From: Harriotta raleighana
Lineage: Eukaryota
Length of the DNA stretch: 64,000 bases
Assembly: GCA_050575255.1 (NCBI GenBank)
Contig: JBNZDD010013649.1
Location: forward strand, 1,752,487 to 1,816,486
Reading direction: 5' to 3'
Below are positions 35,015 to 48,290 of the stretch, piece by piece. The notes beneath the pieces were generated by a model that did no database searches, was not told where the DNA came from, and saw only the letters and a list, made by a program, of their open reading frames with translations. The position numbers were made by a program, and so were the translations under genes. Numbering within the stretch: the stretch's first letter is position 1; every line of letters starts with the position of its first letter.

Positions 35015-36414
35015 GTTATTCTATGTGAAGGATGCTATAAATATGCAAGTTGATATTGAATCACTGCTAGGCTGTAATTGGAAATAGTTCTTTCATCAAT
35101 GCATTAGGGGCTATAACCACCCTTTATTGTGATGTATATGACCCAAATAAGAGGAGAGGATTTGCGAAATACTGGTAACAAAGTCACAATATAAAAGCGC
35201 TACTCTGCTGGCTACTGCACGTTTTATCATTATTATTATTTATCAAATTTCATAGCTTAGTACAGTTTGATTTACAGAAATATAAACAGACAGCCCTTTA
35301 GAACCATTGGTCTTTTATCAAGGTGCACGCTGTTCTGTGGCTGCAATACCAGGATTTGTAGTTACACCTACATCCAGATCTCTGTTGATGCTACTCTAAA
35401 TAACAGGAGCTCTCCAGGGTGCCACCCTTCCAATTTTCCTCTCTGCAAAGTGAAAACCACTTGGCTTCTGCTCAGCTTCCTTCCTCCGAATGGGGTGAGA
35501 CCAGACACTGTGTGTGTGTATGTGTGTGTGTGTGAGCAAATGCAGCCACAAAGCTGGATTCAGTAATAATAATGATAATCGTTGCATTTGTTTTCAAGCT
35601 TTACCATGTCCTCGAGACATCTCAAAATGCTTTCCGGGATTTAATCATGAACTGAAGTGACTGTATTTCTAGGCAAACAGGGCAATCAGTTTGCACACTG
35701 AGCGTTGAAGTGAGTAACCAATATTAGCACTCAGTGTGTGTGGGAGAGAATATTCAAAGCCCAGACATATTTCCTTTAACTCTATTTTGTTTTAGGCTTT
35801 GTATTTGTGTGTGTCTAAATAATAAGATTCTGACTCATTGTGTCTTATTTAAGGAGAGTGGCTAGGTTGGAGTCTTGGAATTATTTAGTCATAAGCTTTA
35901 ATAAGGCTGCCATTCTATAAAGTCTGTAGTGGCAAGACTTCATAAAAGTGATTTATCAGTTTCATTAATTTAACAATTCATAGAGTAGACTGACAAACTG
36001 CTTCTCACTGGCTGGATGCCATATAGCCACTGATAGGTGTTTGGAGATTACTTGGTGTCGTCCTGTTCTGCATTGTTGTTGTGGGTCTTTGTTTGGCGGC
36101 TGGTTGTAAATGGGAGGTATGCTTTTCACAGCTCCTTTCCAGGCTCATAAAGCAAAACTAATCCCATTGTATACATTGTGTCTCGCACCTCAAAGCAGCA
36201 AGCCACAAACTGAACAAAGTTGACTCAGTCTACATGAAATCCATTCACTTTGTACCCCCGTCACTTGTTTTCCCTGTTCATCCACTTGATTTCCTTGTTA
36301 ACACTGCATCAAATAGGAATGAGTCCAAATCAAGATCTCGTGCTTCTCCTTCACCATCTGTTGATTCAGAGAGTCTTTCCTGGTGCTTTCACAAAGCGAC
36401 TCGTAAGATGTAAA

Positions 36415-36810
36415 ATTAGCAGCCTGGGTCAGTTGGGAATACTCTTGGCTCTGAGTTAGAGGTTTGCAGGTTCAAGCCCCACATCAGAACTTGAAACTCG
36501 GTACGGGGCTGATGCTCCAATAAAGTGCTTGGTAGTGCCACCTTTCAAATGAGACTTTAAAACCTAGGTTGTGTCTACCTGTTGAGCTGGATTTTAAATA
36601 TCCTTTGGCATTATTTGAAAAGAAAAGAGAATTTCTCCTGGTGTTCTGGCCAATAATCCACCAGATAAAATTAATAATTTGCTTCATGGCTGTTTTGTGG
36701 CACATTGCATTGTGCAAACTCTCTTGTTTACCTACAAAACTACACAGTGACTACACTTTAAAGCAAATCTTGTGAAGTATTGCCAACATGAAAGGCGATG
36801 TATCATTGTA
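36415..36810 (+). mobile_element. Old Deu-domain SINE with tRNA-like head
   Basis: actcttggctctgagttagaggtttgcaggttcaagcccca head; gtgccacctttcaaatgagactttaaa...tggcattatttgaaaag...ttctggccaat; shared 3' body. Confidence 0.75.
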
Positions 36811-37164
36811 AAGGTGTTGTTTTGCAACCTGGAGACATCTTTGCATCCTCGCTTCTTTGTCGCTTTTATATTGCTTTGTTCTTGGCATTTCACAAATCCT
36901 CTACTATTATTTGAGTTACAGATATCACCAAAATAAACCTCTGAATAGCGTTCTACACATGCACAAAAGTTTGATGAAACTGCAATACTTGCGCAATGAT
37001 ATCCACCATCTCATCCGATGGACGGTATCTCTGACAATGCAAGACTCTCCCAGCATTGCACTGCCACAGGAGTGTCAGCCTGAGCTTTGATAGGTGACAG
37101 TACACACTACAAACCCTTTGAAATGTCTCAATGATATAGTAAGATGATACATCAAATCCATGTA

Positions 37165-37496
37165 CAGTAAAACCCTAATTGACTGTGCCGGATAAACGGG
37201 GGACAAGTTGCTGAAAACCCAACATAAAAAATTTAACTTATTTTAAAATATACCATGTTAATAATAGACTAAATAGTAACAGAATATTGTATGGATACTT
37301 ACCAATAAAGCATTCCAGCACAGTCGGTAAAAAGATTGGTAAAAAACCCAAGTGCGGAAGTTTAATAAGTTCTCATGTGCACGCATTGCACGCATGCACA
37401 AAGTGAGCAAACTCGCGATTGCTGGAATGGAGAATTACCCCAGGAGGGGGTTGAGCAATCCGGTTGATCGGGTCACGGATAAATAAGATTTTACTG
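37165..37496. mobile_element. MITE family A, short variant inserted in a SINE tail
   Basis: TA-cagtaaaaccc ... cacggataaataagattttactg-TA; the SINE tail atcaaatccatg|...|ttattattatt continues across it. Confidence 0.85.
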
Positions 37497-38715
37497 TATT
37501 ATTATTATTTTAGGCTGACCCTCCCCCTCCATGTCCCCCGACCCACCTGTAATTTTATTGTTGTTGTTCATTTTGAAGCCGATTGTCAGTAAGTTTCTTT
37601 TAAGAACTAGGTACAAGTTAAGATTCAATTAAACATTTTTCAAAATTATTTGAAATACTATATAAATACGGACTAGAATTTCTATTTCCATGTAGAATTT
37701 CTTCCTATATATTCTCAAGGGTGCATGGCAAATGAAAATAATATTTATTTTAAAATGCTTTCAAAATCCATACAACTCTGTTTGAATAACATACTCCATC
37801 TGCATTGCTCTATAGTCATTCTCAGCCCTAATTTCCTGCTCTGCTACATGTGGTCTTCCATTATTGCAATTTTGTACAAATATTGTATAAAATGCCTAAA
37901 TTATTATTCTCTGAGGGACGCCGAATGAAGTTCTGACCTTCATTTTCTAAATATCCACAGTGTGTACATCAAATAAAAGGCGCAGCTGGGATTAGAATGG
38001 GGGATTATTTGCAACAGGTATCTGCATTGCACAGTCAAGAGAGCAAACCATTAAAAAATAATGTGTGTATTCACGTGTATATGGATGCCATTACATGGAC
38101 ATGACTATGTGTGTGTGCATGTGTGCGGCACAAAGAGAGAGGAAAGGGGTGTAATATGTCTTTAAAGGTACAGTGTGTCTTCACTTGACAAATCCACTTT
38201 ATATTTTGCATTTCCTGCCCCCCCCACCACCCCAGCGAAGTTGTTTGTGTGGAATACACAATGAGAATTGTCAGCAGTGCTGGGGGATACAGTGAGTGAG
38301 CACCTCGAGGACTTCAGATGAGATGCGTCCCAGGCTGAAGGGGTGAGCTATCTCCGTAGGCTGTTGCAAGGTTCCTAAGTGCATTGGATTTTGAACAGCC
38401 TCAAATTGGGTCAATAGCACCAAAAGTGCCCACAGATTGGCAGAAGCACTCTGAGATTCAATAAGGAATAAGAGTGCATTTCCAGACTTGGGGCAGATAG
38501 ATGAATGTGTTTGTCAGTATATACACAGCTACTACCCAGCAGTTTATCTGGAGCGTTTATCTCTTTTGGGACAATGTCAAATAGAAATAATAATAATCCT
38601 TATATTTAGTACAGCGGCTTCATGTCGGAAGGATGTACCAAAGTGCTTCACAGGTAATGCTGTAAAGTGGAGTGCCTAAGTGTTTTGTCTGTGAAAATGT
38701 TGGAAAACACCCAAA

Positions 38716-39013
38716 TAATAATAAATAATAATAATCCTTGCATTTGATATAGGGCTTTTCACATCTAGACGTCGCAAAGCACTTCACAGAATATGATGTA
38801 AAATAAATTGACTGTATATATGTGGGCAAAATATGGTAGCTCATTGCGCACAGCAGTGTTCTACAAACAGTCGTGGATTGAAATAACCAATTATTATTGT
38901 TGTTTGAGGGATGTGGATTAAGGAAATTTACCCAAGTTTTTGCCCTGCCTGGAATCGAACCCAGATCTCTCGCTTGTAAGGCGAGTGCTCTAACCACTGA
39001 GCTACAGGATTCC
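38716..39013 (-). mobile_element. Full-length SINE, short subfamily
   Basis: Reverse-complement head ggaatcctgtagctcagtggttagagcactcgccttacaagcgagagatctgggttcgattcc. Confidence 0.92.
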
Positions 39014-39883
39014 AAACAACTACAGTATAATAGATCACGGGTGACAACAAAACATGTTCTAATGTTGTTCTTATGTACTCTTTATACAGTGCTCTCAAAT
39101 GGACCCACAGCCCAGAAATGTCACAGTAATCTGTAGTTTTCCATTTGAGGATGTGACCTCAGTAACTTCTGAACACTTCAATGTATAATCCTGGAGTCTT
39201 CATTTTAAAATTGACAGTGGTGTTTCAAGCAATAACAATCTCACTGACCTGTTTAAATGGTCTCGAGTGCCCCAGCTGTCATTTTAACATTATCATGGCT
39301 GACCTTCACACACTGTCGATTCGCTCCCTCCCCCTTTTCCTCGCTCACTTGTTTGTTCCTTCCCTTCCCCCCAGTGCACTGAAGTCAGATGTAATAATCC
39401 TGACTTGGAGGCAAAGGAACCAGGTCAGCATCCTTCAAGGGGTGTGGGATGTAGGTCACATCATGAGAGAAGCTACTTCTCATAGAATTTATTAACATGG
39501 GAAGAAATGGCTAAGAGGCAAAAATATTGCATCATATTCAAATACCAACCACATCATAGAGGAACAGCTCTGATTTATACACAACAACAACAGCTGGCAT
39601 TTATATAGCGTCCTTCACGCGGGGCAGCATCTTGGAGCTGAGATTTACAGTGATATATCTGTAAATCTTATCACTAGAGACATTAATCTTGATTCTTCAT
39701 CCATGCTCTAGATTGCCTGAACGGATTGTTTTGGCGCCATATCATTCTGTTTAAATCTATGCTTACACTTAAAGCAATTATGCTTTACGAATTGAATTGT
39801 TGCTGCTGGCTCCTGCTGTCAGTGAGAGCATTCACATGCTCTAAACACTGTTTGGTAAAGGATATGTAAATTGAGGCCTAAGC

Positions 39884-40116
39884 GGGGAAAAATTCTACCT
39901 GGGTCTAGACTTGCTCTATTTTCTTAGCACCCCAGAACATTCAGACTTTGACTAATTTTTAAACGCAGCCTGAAATTTGAAACCAGTCTTCTTTAAGCTC
40001 TTTTAACAACAACAGAAAAACAACTTAAAAGTTGAGAAGGAATTCAACGATTTGCCAAATTCTGTATGGTCTAAAATGATACATAAATAAAGTCTAGACC
40101 TGATGGAATTCTCCCC
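39884..40116. mobile_element. Old hairpin/MITE-like element
   Basis: ggggaaaaattctacctgggtctagactt versus reverse complement of the right end ggggagaattccatcaggtctagactt. Confidence 0.55.
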
Positions 40117-40614
40117 CTTCCCCACCCCCCCACGCATACCAACAGTTTGTATTTTTACTTTGTAATCGTCTGAATGGGTTTTTCACTACTGAAAAAAGGA
40201 ACAAACACTCCCCATGAAAAAAGACCTGCTAGGTCCACTTTAAGGAGTAAAGTTTCTACTGTGCTGTTTAGCTCTGGGTTTGGTTTGGTGGTAAAATAAT
40301 ATTCAAACTAGCTTTATTTTGGAACAGATTTAATTACGCTGGTTTGAGTGATGAGGCTCCAGCAGACCTCCTGTACCTTGCCCATGTGGTCATGTTTTTA
40401 CTGTGTGTGCCCAGTGCGAGTGTCTGCGGGCACTAGATTCATATTAATTGACAGCCCAGAAGGGGGCCACTCATCCCATCACTCGCAATGAAAGAGCTAT
40501 GTGTTTAACTACACAGCGGCATCACAGCCAAGCTTTATTATCCACTCAAACACTCACTTTCCAGCAAAGGTAGCGGTGGACTGGGATGGGGGGCAGAGGG
40601 GTTTTTATAGAGCG

Positions 40615-40920
40615 AAGACTATATTTGTGGGCGACCACAGCAGCTAATATGCGCACAGCAACATTCCACAAACATCCTTGGTGTGAGTGACCAAATTTAT
40701 CTGGGGGATTGTTTGCTAGGATAAGAGGAGAAACTCCTCTTTTCAAATTGTGCCTTGGGATTTTTAACTTCCATGTTCATCAGTTTAAGTGATGGTACCT
40801 CTGCAAAATGCAGCATTCGTCCAGCACAACATTGGATTGTCATCCTAAAGTTGCAGGGCTTGAATCCACAACTTTCTAACTCAGAGATGTGAGTATTACC
40901 GGCTGAGCAAGACTGACACA
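40615..40920 (-). mobile_element. Old Deu-domain SINE
   Basis: Reverse-complement body, aaactcctcttttcaaattgtgcc, and head ctttctaactcagagatgtgagt. Confidence 0.65.
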
Positions 40921-41599
40921 CTTTCACCCTGAATGGTGGCTTTACATACAATCGGGCAAACACAATGCAGCTGAATGTGTTATAGAAAAACAGTTCGAGA
41001 CTTTAGTGTAATTCCTTTTAGGCAAGATGTTTTGTACAAAACAAAGATGTCAACCTTTGTGTAGATGACTGTGGCAAAAATCTGGAGACTAAAGAAACAC
41101 ACCCTTTGATTTTGCTTTTCAGTCTTTAGTTGGTGTTAAGTTTCTTGCTGTTAAACAACAACAATGAGAGTGCAGTTGCAAACCCACAGATTTGTTCTGG
41201 AGTCTGGCCAGTCACCACCCTGATTCATCGCTGGAGTCATCACTGCTGACAGCTTGCTCCTTGTGTCTGTGTGGTCCAGAGCTCCTGAGTCGAATAGGTT
41301 TTATTGTGGCTGTTTTATTCATTGTTTCTATATCAACTGCAAGAATTATCATCATTATTTGGGTTGAGAGTAAGGATGCCATGACAGAAGCTGAATCGCT
41401 TGCGTCCCACAATCAGTCATGATTTGAATGACCAAAATTAAAATATTTTGGGGGGTGCGGAGAGATTATTAATTGAATAACATCTGGATTCCGACTTGCT
41501 GTTACATAAACAGAGGAGCGTGGAAGTAAGGAAACTTGCCCAATGTTTCGCCCTGCCCAATAATCAAACCAGCATTCACTGCATTTAGTATTCAGTATT

Positions 41600-41960
41600 G
41601 CGACCTAACCCTATATCTATTTGTCTGCTCCCTCAGCATGCTCCGCCCTGCTCCATGTCCCCTACCCAGCCAACGCCACTATTGGTAGTCAGGTTTTCAG
41701 CCCCTCTGCCCTCAACACTTTGGAACTCTGTTCCATAGTCCCTTTATCTTGCTCCATCCCGTGCCTCCTTCAAGGCACGTCTCAAATTCTTCTCTTTGAC
41801 CGTGCATTCGGCCACCCAGGTACCCCTTCCCTCCCTGCCCTCCACTGCCCCAGCTCCCAACCACTACCCTCTCTGCCCTTCACTGTCCCTGATCCCAACC
41901 CCTACAATCCCTGCCCTCCATCCCCCCTGGTCCCAATCTTCTACTTGGTCCAAATCTCTG
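41600..41960 (+). mobile_element. Degenerate L2 3' fragment
   Basis: LLHVP...TIG..VFS...tggaactc...ttcaagg..cgtctcaaa..tctctttgac, homologous to 20460-20630. Confidence 0.75.
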
Positions 41961-42195
41961 ACTGTCTAAGTGAAGCTGAAAAGGTGCAGCCCAGTTATAA
42001 TGGAGTCGTCTGGGTGCAATGTTTTGTGACCAAAGAGCCGATTTCCAGGTCATCAGGAGCATCATCGCTATAAATCACCACAAATCCAGAAATATTCCAT
42101 CAAGACACACATTAGACAGTTGAACACAAATGTACCTCAACTCTTGAGAATGTTCAGGGGCTGGTGGGGACAAGGAGATCACAAAACTCCCACCA

Positions 42196-42432
42196 AACCA
42201 TGAGCAAGTTTCCTTCTTCCACAAACCTGATAATAATCCCACATACAAAAAAAAATTGGTTTCTTAATCCACAACTGTTTGTGGGACACTGCTGTGCGCA
42301 ATTAGCTGCTGTGTTTCGCCTACAACATATACAGTTAATTCACTTTACAATATATTCTGTGAAGCACTTTGAGACATCTAGAAGATGTGAAAAGCACTAC
42401 AGTATATCAAATGCAAGGACTTATTATTATCA
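42196..42432 (+). mobile_element. Headless SINE
   Basis: gcaagtttccttcttccac through atcaaatgcaaggacttattattat. Confidence 0.88.
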
Positions 42433-42499
42433 TCACTTCCTGGTGTCAGTTACAATTCCTGCGCATGGCAGGCATAGTACAGGAAGTGACATCAGTGGC

Positions 42500-42803
42500 A
42501 ATAATAATAATAATCCTTGCATTTGATATAGAGCTTTTCACATCTTCTAGATATCCCAAAGCGCTTCACAGAATATACTGTAAAGTGAATTAACTGTATA
42601 TGTTGTAGGTGAAACGCGACAGCCAATTGCGCACAACAGTGTCCCACAAACGGTCATAATAATAAATAATAATGGATTGAAATGACCAATTTTTTTTTTT
42701 TTTTTTTTTTGGAGAGATTATTATTAGGAGTGTGAAGTAAGGAAACTTGTCCAAAGTTTCGCCTTAACTTGCCTGGATTCGAAGGCAGATCTCACGCTTG
42801 CAA
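42500..42803 (-). mobile_element. SINE, inverted relative to 42196-42432
   Basis: Reverse-complement tail, body and partial head (ttgcaagcgtgagatctgccttcgaatccaggc). Confidence 0.9.
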
Positions 42804-44329
42804 TCTGATGACCTGGAAGGCAGCCATTTTTTAGGATACAAGGCTGTTTTGGCTGCCCTTCAGCCTCCAACTCTCAGCAAACTTGCATTCATCCAGAGTG
42901 CTGATTTGCACTCATGTGCTTTCTCACACGATCTGATGGGAGTATCCGTTAACAGTTTAACATTCACTGGACCCATGTTGCGTGCCGTGGCTGAATGTCA
43001 ACTGTCCAAGGTAGATTTGGGGATGTGTTATTTTGCCAAACATACAAATCAAACGGTCTACAAATATCACAAACACAACCACGGTGCTGTATGTACAGAC
43101 AGGAGCAACTGGGAGATGGAAAATTTGGGTTAACGTAAATACAAAATAAATGCCTTCTGAGTTTAGAAAAGGTCATATCCATAAATTTACACTACAAAGC
43201 AAAGAGGATTATTGGTGCTTGTATACACTGTCTAGGTTTTTTACAGCTCACCGCGTTTTAGTACTTTGAAGTGCTGAGGTGTAAAAATAGCACATTACAG
43301 TATAACCAAGATCACATCAGTATACAGTGCTATTATGTTTGGGATCAGATGCATCTCTGAAGTGCCCCTAAATTACCATCTTTTGCTGCAACCCCACTGA
43401 TGTATGCATTTCCCCCCATGTTAAGAATTTGAAATAGGATTTCATTGAAAAAGTCAGTGAACAGACCCAACCATCTGAAGCGTTTGGAGATATCCTCCTG
43501 AAGTAAAAGACACCATATCAAAAGCAAAGGATCACTATTACAAACATACAAAGATTCGTCACTCAGCAAGGTTGCAAACAAAAGCTTACATAATATTACA
43601 ACTGTGGTAGAGACTTTTAATGTAAAAAAAGTTTTATATCTATAAGAATGTAATAATAATCCTTGCATTTAATATAGAGCCTACTCGTATTGTTGAAACA
43701 TCTCAAAGTGCTTCATGGGATTTTCTGTAGGAGTAGAATCCTGCGGATTGAATTAAATTTTAACAGCGATTCTTCCAATCTCTCACTTGTCTTCATTACC
43801 AACAGGTTCAGTTTCTAGGCTTGAGGTGCTCATGGAAGTGGAGGTTTCCAGCACTTAGGCACAATTACTGCAAATAGTCCTTAGGAAGCCCTGCCTCGAT
43901 CGCATGCCATCACAAACCATTACTCTCAGGAAGCCCTTAATTGTTTAACTGGACTAACTACTCAGGGCTATAAACCGACTGAAACAGTTTGAACTGAAGG
44001 AAATGACTGACAACGATTTCTCTAGAGTAGCTATTGCCTCATTTAAGTAAGTATAACTCCCGACACAATTTGTTACACTATTACCTGATCACAAGCTTGT
44101 TACACCTTTTCTGGTTAGCTAATTGCAGCTTGCCACATTTTTACTAGATACCTGACAAATGGTTTATTAGCAATTAGAAGGCAGCTAGTTACCCTTTTAC
44201 AAGCTAGCTGACATGCAGTTTATTATGCTGATTGTAGCTAACTGGGAACTGGAGTTCCTCAAACTCTCCCCACTACTCTGATCAATCATGCTGCTTTCAA
44301 ACAGTGAAATTGCATCCTCCTCAAGTTAT

Positions 44330-45570
44330 CAGAATCATACAGCACCGAAGGAGGCCATTTGTCCATCGTGTCTGCACCAGCTATGAAAGAACTGTCCAAC
44401 TCAATCCCACCGGCCCACTTTCTCTCCATATCCCTGCAATCTTATCCTCCCCAAATACCCATCTCTTAAAAGATGTTATTTAATTGGCTTCCACTAGCCT
44501 TTCAGGTACTGCATTGCTCAGATCTAAACAACTCCCTGGGTGAATTTTTTTTCCTAACCTCCCCTTTGTTTCTTTCAACAACTATCTTAAATCAGTGTCT
44601 TCGGGTTACTGACCCACACGCCAGTGGAAACAGTTTTTCCCGGTTCAACCTATCAAATCCCCTCATTATCTTGAAAACCTCCATTAAATTCCCTCTTAAT
44701 CTTCTCTGATCTGGGGAGAATAATCCTAGTTTCACTAACCTCTCCTCATAACTAATGTCCTTCGTTCCCTGGTAGCATCCTTGTAGATCTCCTTTGTACC
44801 TTCTCAAATGCCTTAACATGTTTCCTAAAGTGTTGCTCAGAACTGAACACAGTACTCCAATGGAGGCCTAACCAGCATTTTATAAATATTCATCATAGTC
44901 TCCTGACTTTTGCACTCTATGACTCTATTTATAAATCTTAGTATCCTGTATGCTTTTTTAATAGCTTTGTCTACCTGTCCTGCCACCTTCAGAGATTTAC
45001 TTCTGATAATAATAATCCTCGCATTTTGAAATAGAGCTTTTCATGTCTTCTAGACGTCTCAAAGTGCTTCACAGAATATACTGTAAAGTGAATTGACTGT
45101 ATATCTGTGGACAAAACGTGGCATACAATTCTGCACAGCAGTGTCCCACAAACAGTCGTGAATTGAAATGATCAATTTATTATAGTTTTTTTTGACGGAT
45201 TATTATTGGGCATGTGGAGTAAGAAAACTTGTCCATGGTTTCGCCCTGATCTGCCTAGATTCGAAACACAGGTCTCACGCTTGTAAGGCGAGTGCTCTAA
45301 CCACTGAGCTATATGGATTCCCAGGTCTCCTGAGTTCATTTACCCCCTTTGAAATTTTACTATCTAGCTTATACTGCCTCTCCTCATTCTTCCTACCAAA
45401 AAACAACACTTCACATTTTTGCACATTAACCGTCATCTGCCAAGTATCTGTCCATTTTACCAATCTGTCTAAATTGTCTTGGGACTCGGGTGCTAATCCT
45501 GCTCACCATTTATTACTTTTCCTAGTTTAGTATATCTGCAAAGTTGAAAATTGTGCTCCCTACATTCAGG
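44330..45570 (-). mobile_element. CR1 LINE 3' portion interrupted by a SINE
   Basis: WTDTWQMTVNVQKCEVL; YEERLVKLGLFS..RRLRGNLMEVFKIMRGFD..LFPL..VTRRH; CR1 3' UTR (aatggcctccttcggtgctgtatgattct). Confidence 0.9.
45005..45321 (-). mobile_element. Full-length SINE nested in CR1
   Basis: Complete head to (ATT)n tail on the minus strand; CR1 homology continues on both sides. Confidence 0.92.
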
Positions 45571-46021
45571 TAAGGTGAGCGACACACTGTTTTCCCCACT
45601 ACATTTGCTTTAGATGTTGTGTAGCTTGAAGAGTCACAAGGGCCACAAAGTTAGTAAAGATTTCACTGTGGGGCACACAACTTGAGAAGTTATAATGCAG
45701 GAGTCACATGTCACTCTTTTCTGCACCAGCACTTTCGAACATTTGCTTTGGATCAGCCACAGCTTCAGGCAGTCAAACAATTCTCAGCTTCATATTACCC
45801 AGGAGGCCTCTGTATCTATCATCACCGTTGTTGCTCTTGACTGAAGCGCGTCTTATCTTACACAAAGGACCCTTTAAACACCAAGCTTGACACTAAATAA
45901 CTGGATTGCATTTCACTCTTTGCCTAAGTTTGCTTTTTTCTTCGATGCTTTTGTCAGTGCTCCTACCGTGATATCATTGCGGGTACATTTTACGACACCG
46001 TGTGATAATTTGCAACGACAC

Positions 46022-46330
46022 GAGGGAGTGCTGTCAGAGTTGCTGTCTTTTGAATGAGGTATTAAATTGAAGTCCCATCTGCCTCTTCAGGTGGACATTG
46101 GAGTTTTTTGTCCTGGTTAACAATTGCTCCAGATAAAAATTGATCATTCACTTCATGTCTGTTTTTGGGACATTGTTGTGTGCAAATTGTTGCTTTCACC
46201 TGCAGTCAACTCACGTTGTTTCGCCCACAAAACATGAGTCAATTCATTTTCCAGTGTATTCCATAAAGTGCTTTGAGACATCTCAAAGATGTGCTAAGGG
46301 TTTATATCACATGCAAGGATTAATATTACA
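46022..46330 (+). mobile_element. Deu-domain SINE, partly deleted
   Basis: gagggagtgctgtcagagttgctgtcttttgaatgagg..ttaaa..cccatctgcctcttcaggtggac... Confidence 0.75.
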
Positions 46331-46380
46331 TTGTAACCTCTGAACCACTATGAAAGTCCTTCTGATATGAAAGGCGTTAT

Positions 46381-46495
46381 AATAGTAATAATAATCCTTG
46401 CATTTGATATAGTGCTTTTCACATCTCATCAAAGTCTCAAAGCGTTTCACAGAATATACTGTAAAGTGAATTGGCTGTATATTTGTGGGTGAAAT
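46381..46495 (-). mobile_element. SINE 3' fragment
   Basis: Reverse-complement tail. Confidence 0.88.
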
Positions 46496-47086
46496 ATATC
46501 AAATGTAAGCATTATTATTAGTATCAAAAATAGTTCCTCAGTAAGTTTAAAAAAAAAGTAAAAAATAATTCCTGGTTATATTTTAATGGTGTCCACTGTT
46601 TTCCTCAGGGAAGAGCAGTTACATGGTGTAGAAGTTATTATGTAATATTTAGACCATGTCAAACTGCAGAGCTAGGTACTATTTCCTGTTCCCCAGCCAA
46701 GAGGGCAAGCTGACGACCTGCTCTCGGACCTCTTGTCAATTTCAATCTGGCCACCAGAGCAACCTGATTCCCTTAGATTTTTTTCGCCCCCTCTTCCTTC
46801 AGGGAGAAGCATTTAACAGCTTCTTAGCCCCAAATTGCCATAGGCGACATTGAGAAGTCACTGTGTGTTAATTGCTGACTGTAATGCTCACCTGAGCACT
46901 CTTTACCATTGATAATCCTGAATATAATAATAATAATAATAATCCTTGCATTCGACATAGTGCCTTATCTCATTGTTGAGCTGTCCCACATGCTTCACAG
47001 GATATTTGGTAAAGTGGATTAACTATGTATTTGTGGGCAAAATGCGGCAGCCAATTGGACACAGCCAGTTCCACGAACAAAAACAT

Positions 47087-47978
47087 GAACAACAACCAAA
47101 TTATATTTGTATTAAATCTTTGAGGTCGGGAAGATGTCCCAATCAGTGTTTTGGAACAATGCTGGGGCCAGGACCGGGAAGGGTAGAGAGCAACGGGGAA
47201 GGGAGATGACCGAAAGCGAGGTTGATGAGGAGGGTCTTTCAAAAAGGGAGGGGGCGAGTTGGAGGGACTGCGGGATGGCGTCAGAATGGCTGAAGGCCCG
47301 CTCTCCAGTGGTGGGGAGGGTGAGGAGGGGACCTTTTTCTGTGCTGTTCATGTGGTTTATAATCGTATCAGCTCCCCTTTTAACCAGCTCCAAATGATAC
47401 AAGACTCTGACGCCCATGGGGGACATGAAGCAGGCCGGAGCTCTCTGAGCGGAGGGAGCGAGCAGATTGTTAAGGAATGCAGAGATAGGGGGAAGTGAGG
47501 CCTTGGAGGGCTTTGAAAGTGAAGACCAAGATCTTGAAGTGTATCCTCTGTGTGATGGGGAGCCAGTGGAGTCGGAAGAAGATGGGGGTAATAGGGTCAC
47601 GGAGTCTGGTGCGGAAGAGGACACGGGCTGCAGTGTCCCTGATGATCTGCAGCCTTTGGAGGAAGGAGTTGAGGGGCTGACAAGCAGGGAATTTGCATAA
47701 TCAAGCCTGGACATTGTTTTGTTCTTGTGTTGCTTGTATGAAGATCTCAGCGGCCTGTGGAGTGAGGTAGTGGTGGAGCCGGGTAATGTTGTGGATTTGG
47801 GGGAAGACAGAACAGGTCATGCCATGGATGTGGAGTAGAAAGGATAGTTGAGTTTCCAACAAGATGCCAAGGTTCCAGACTGGCTCAGAGAGGTGGAATC
47901 TGCATCCATGGACGGTGATGCTATCAGTTCCTGAGGTGTGGAGGCCCTAACGGGAGCCAATCAGGAGGGACTCGGTCA
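47087..47978 (-). mobile_element. Degenerate L2 3' region carrying a 90-bp insertion
   Basis: SRLDYANSLL, ERAFSHS and IPQSLQLAPSL motifs; (AAC) tail at about 47087. Confidence 0.85.
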
Positions 47979-48129
47979 CTTTACAGTACATCCTGTAAAG
48001 CACTTTACAGGGTAAAGTGCTATATCAAATGCAAGAATTGGTGTTATTATTATTCATTAAGACCCGAGCCAGCTGAGGGAATACAGCAGATAGTGGTATG
48101 GAGTGTGTGTAGATGGGAGAGATAAGTCA

Positions 48130-48290
48130 TTTGAAAGTAAAATCGAGGATTTCAAAATCAATATATAAATTTTCTAAAGGGAGGTAGTGGAGCCTGGCAA
48201 GAACTGGGTGATGGGATACAGAGGTATGGTAAAGGAGAGCACATGGGCGTCAGAGTCTTGTATAATTTGGAGCTGGTTAATAGGGGAGCT
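48130..48290 (-). mobile_element. Older L2 fragment
   Basis: PINQLQIIQDSDAHVLSFT..PIT resembles the L2 motif LQLIQNAAARVL...HITP. Confidence 0.7.

Noticed and set aside
47763-47780. let-7-like tgaggtagt
   Set aside because: Only a 9-nt match, inside an L2 fragment, with no precursor hairpin.
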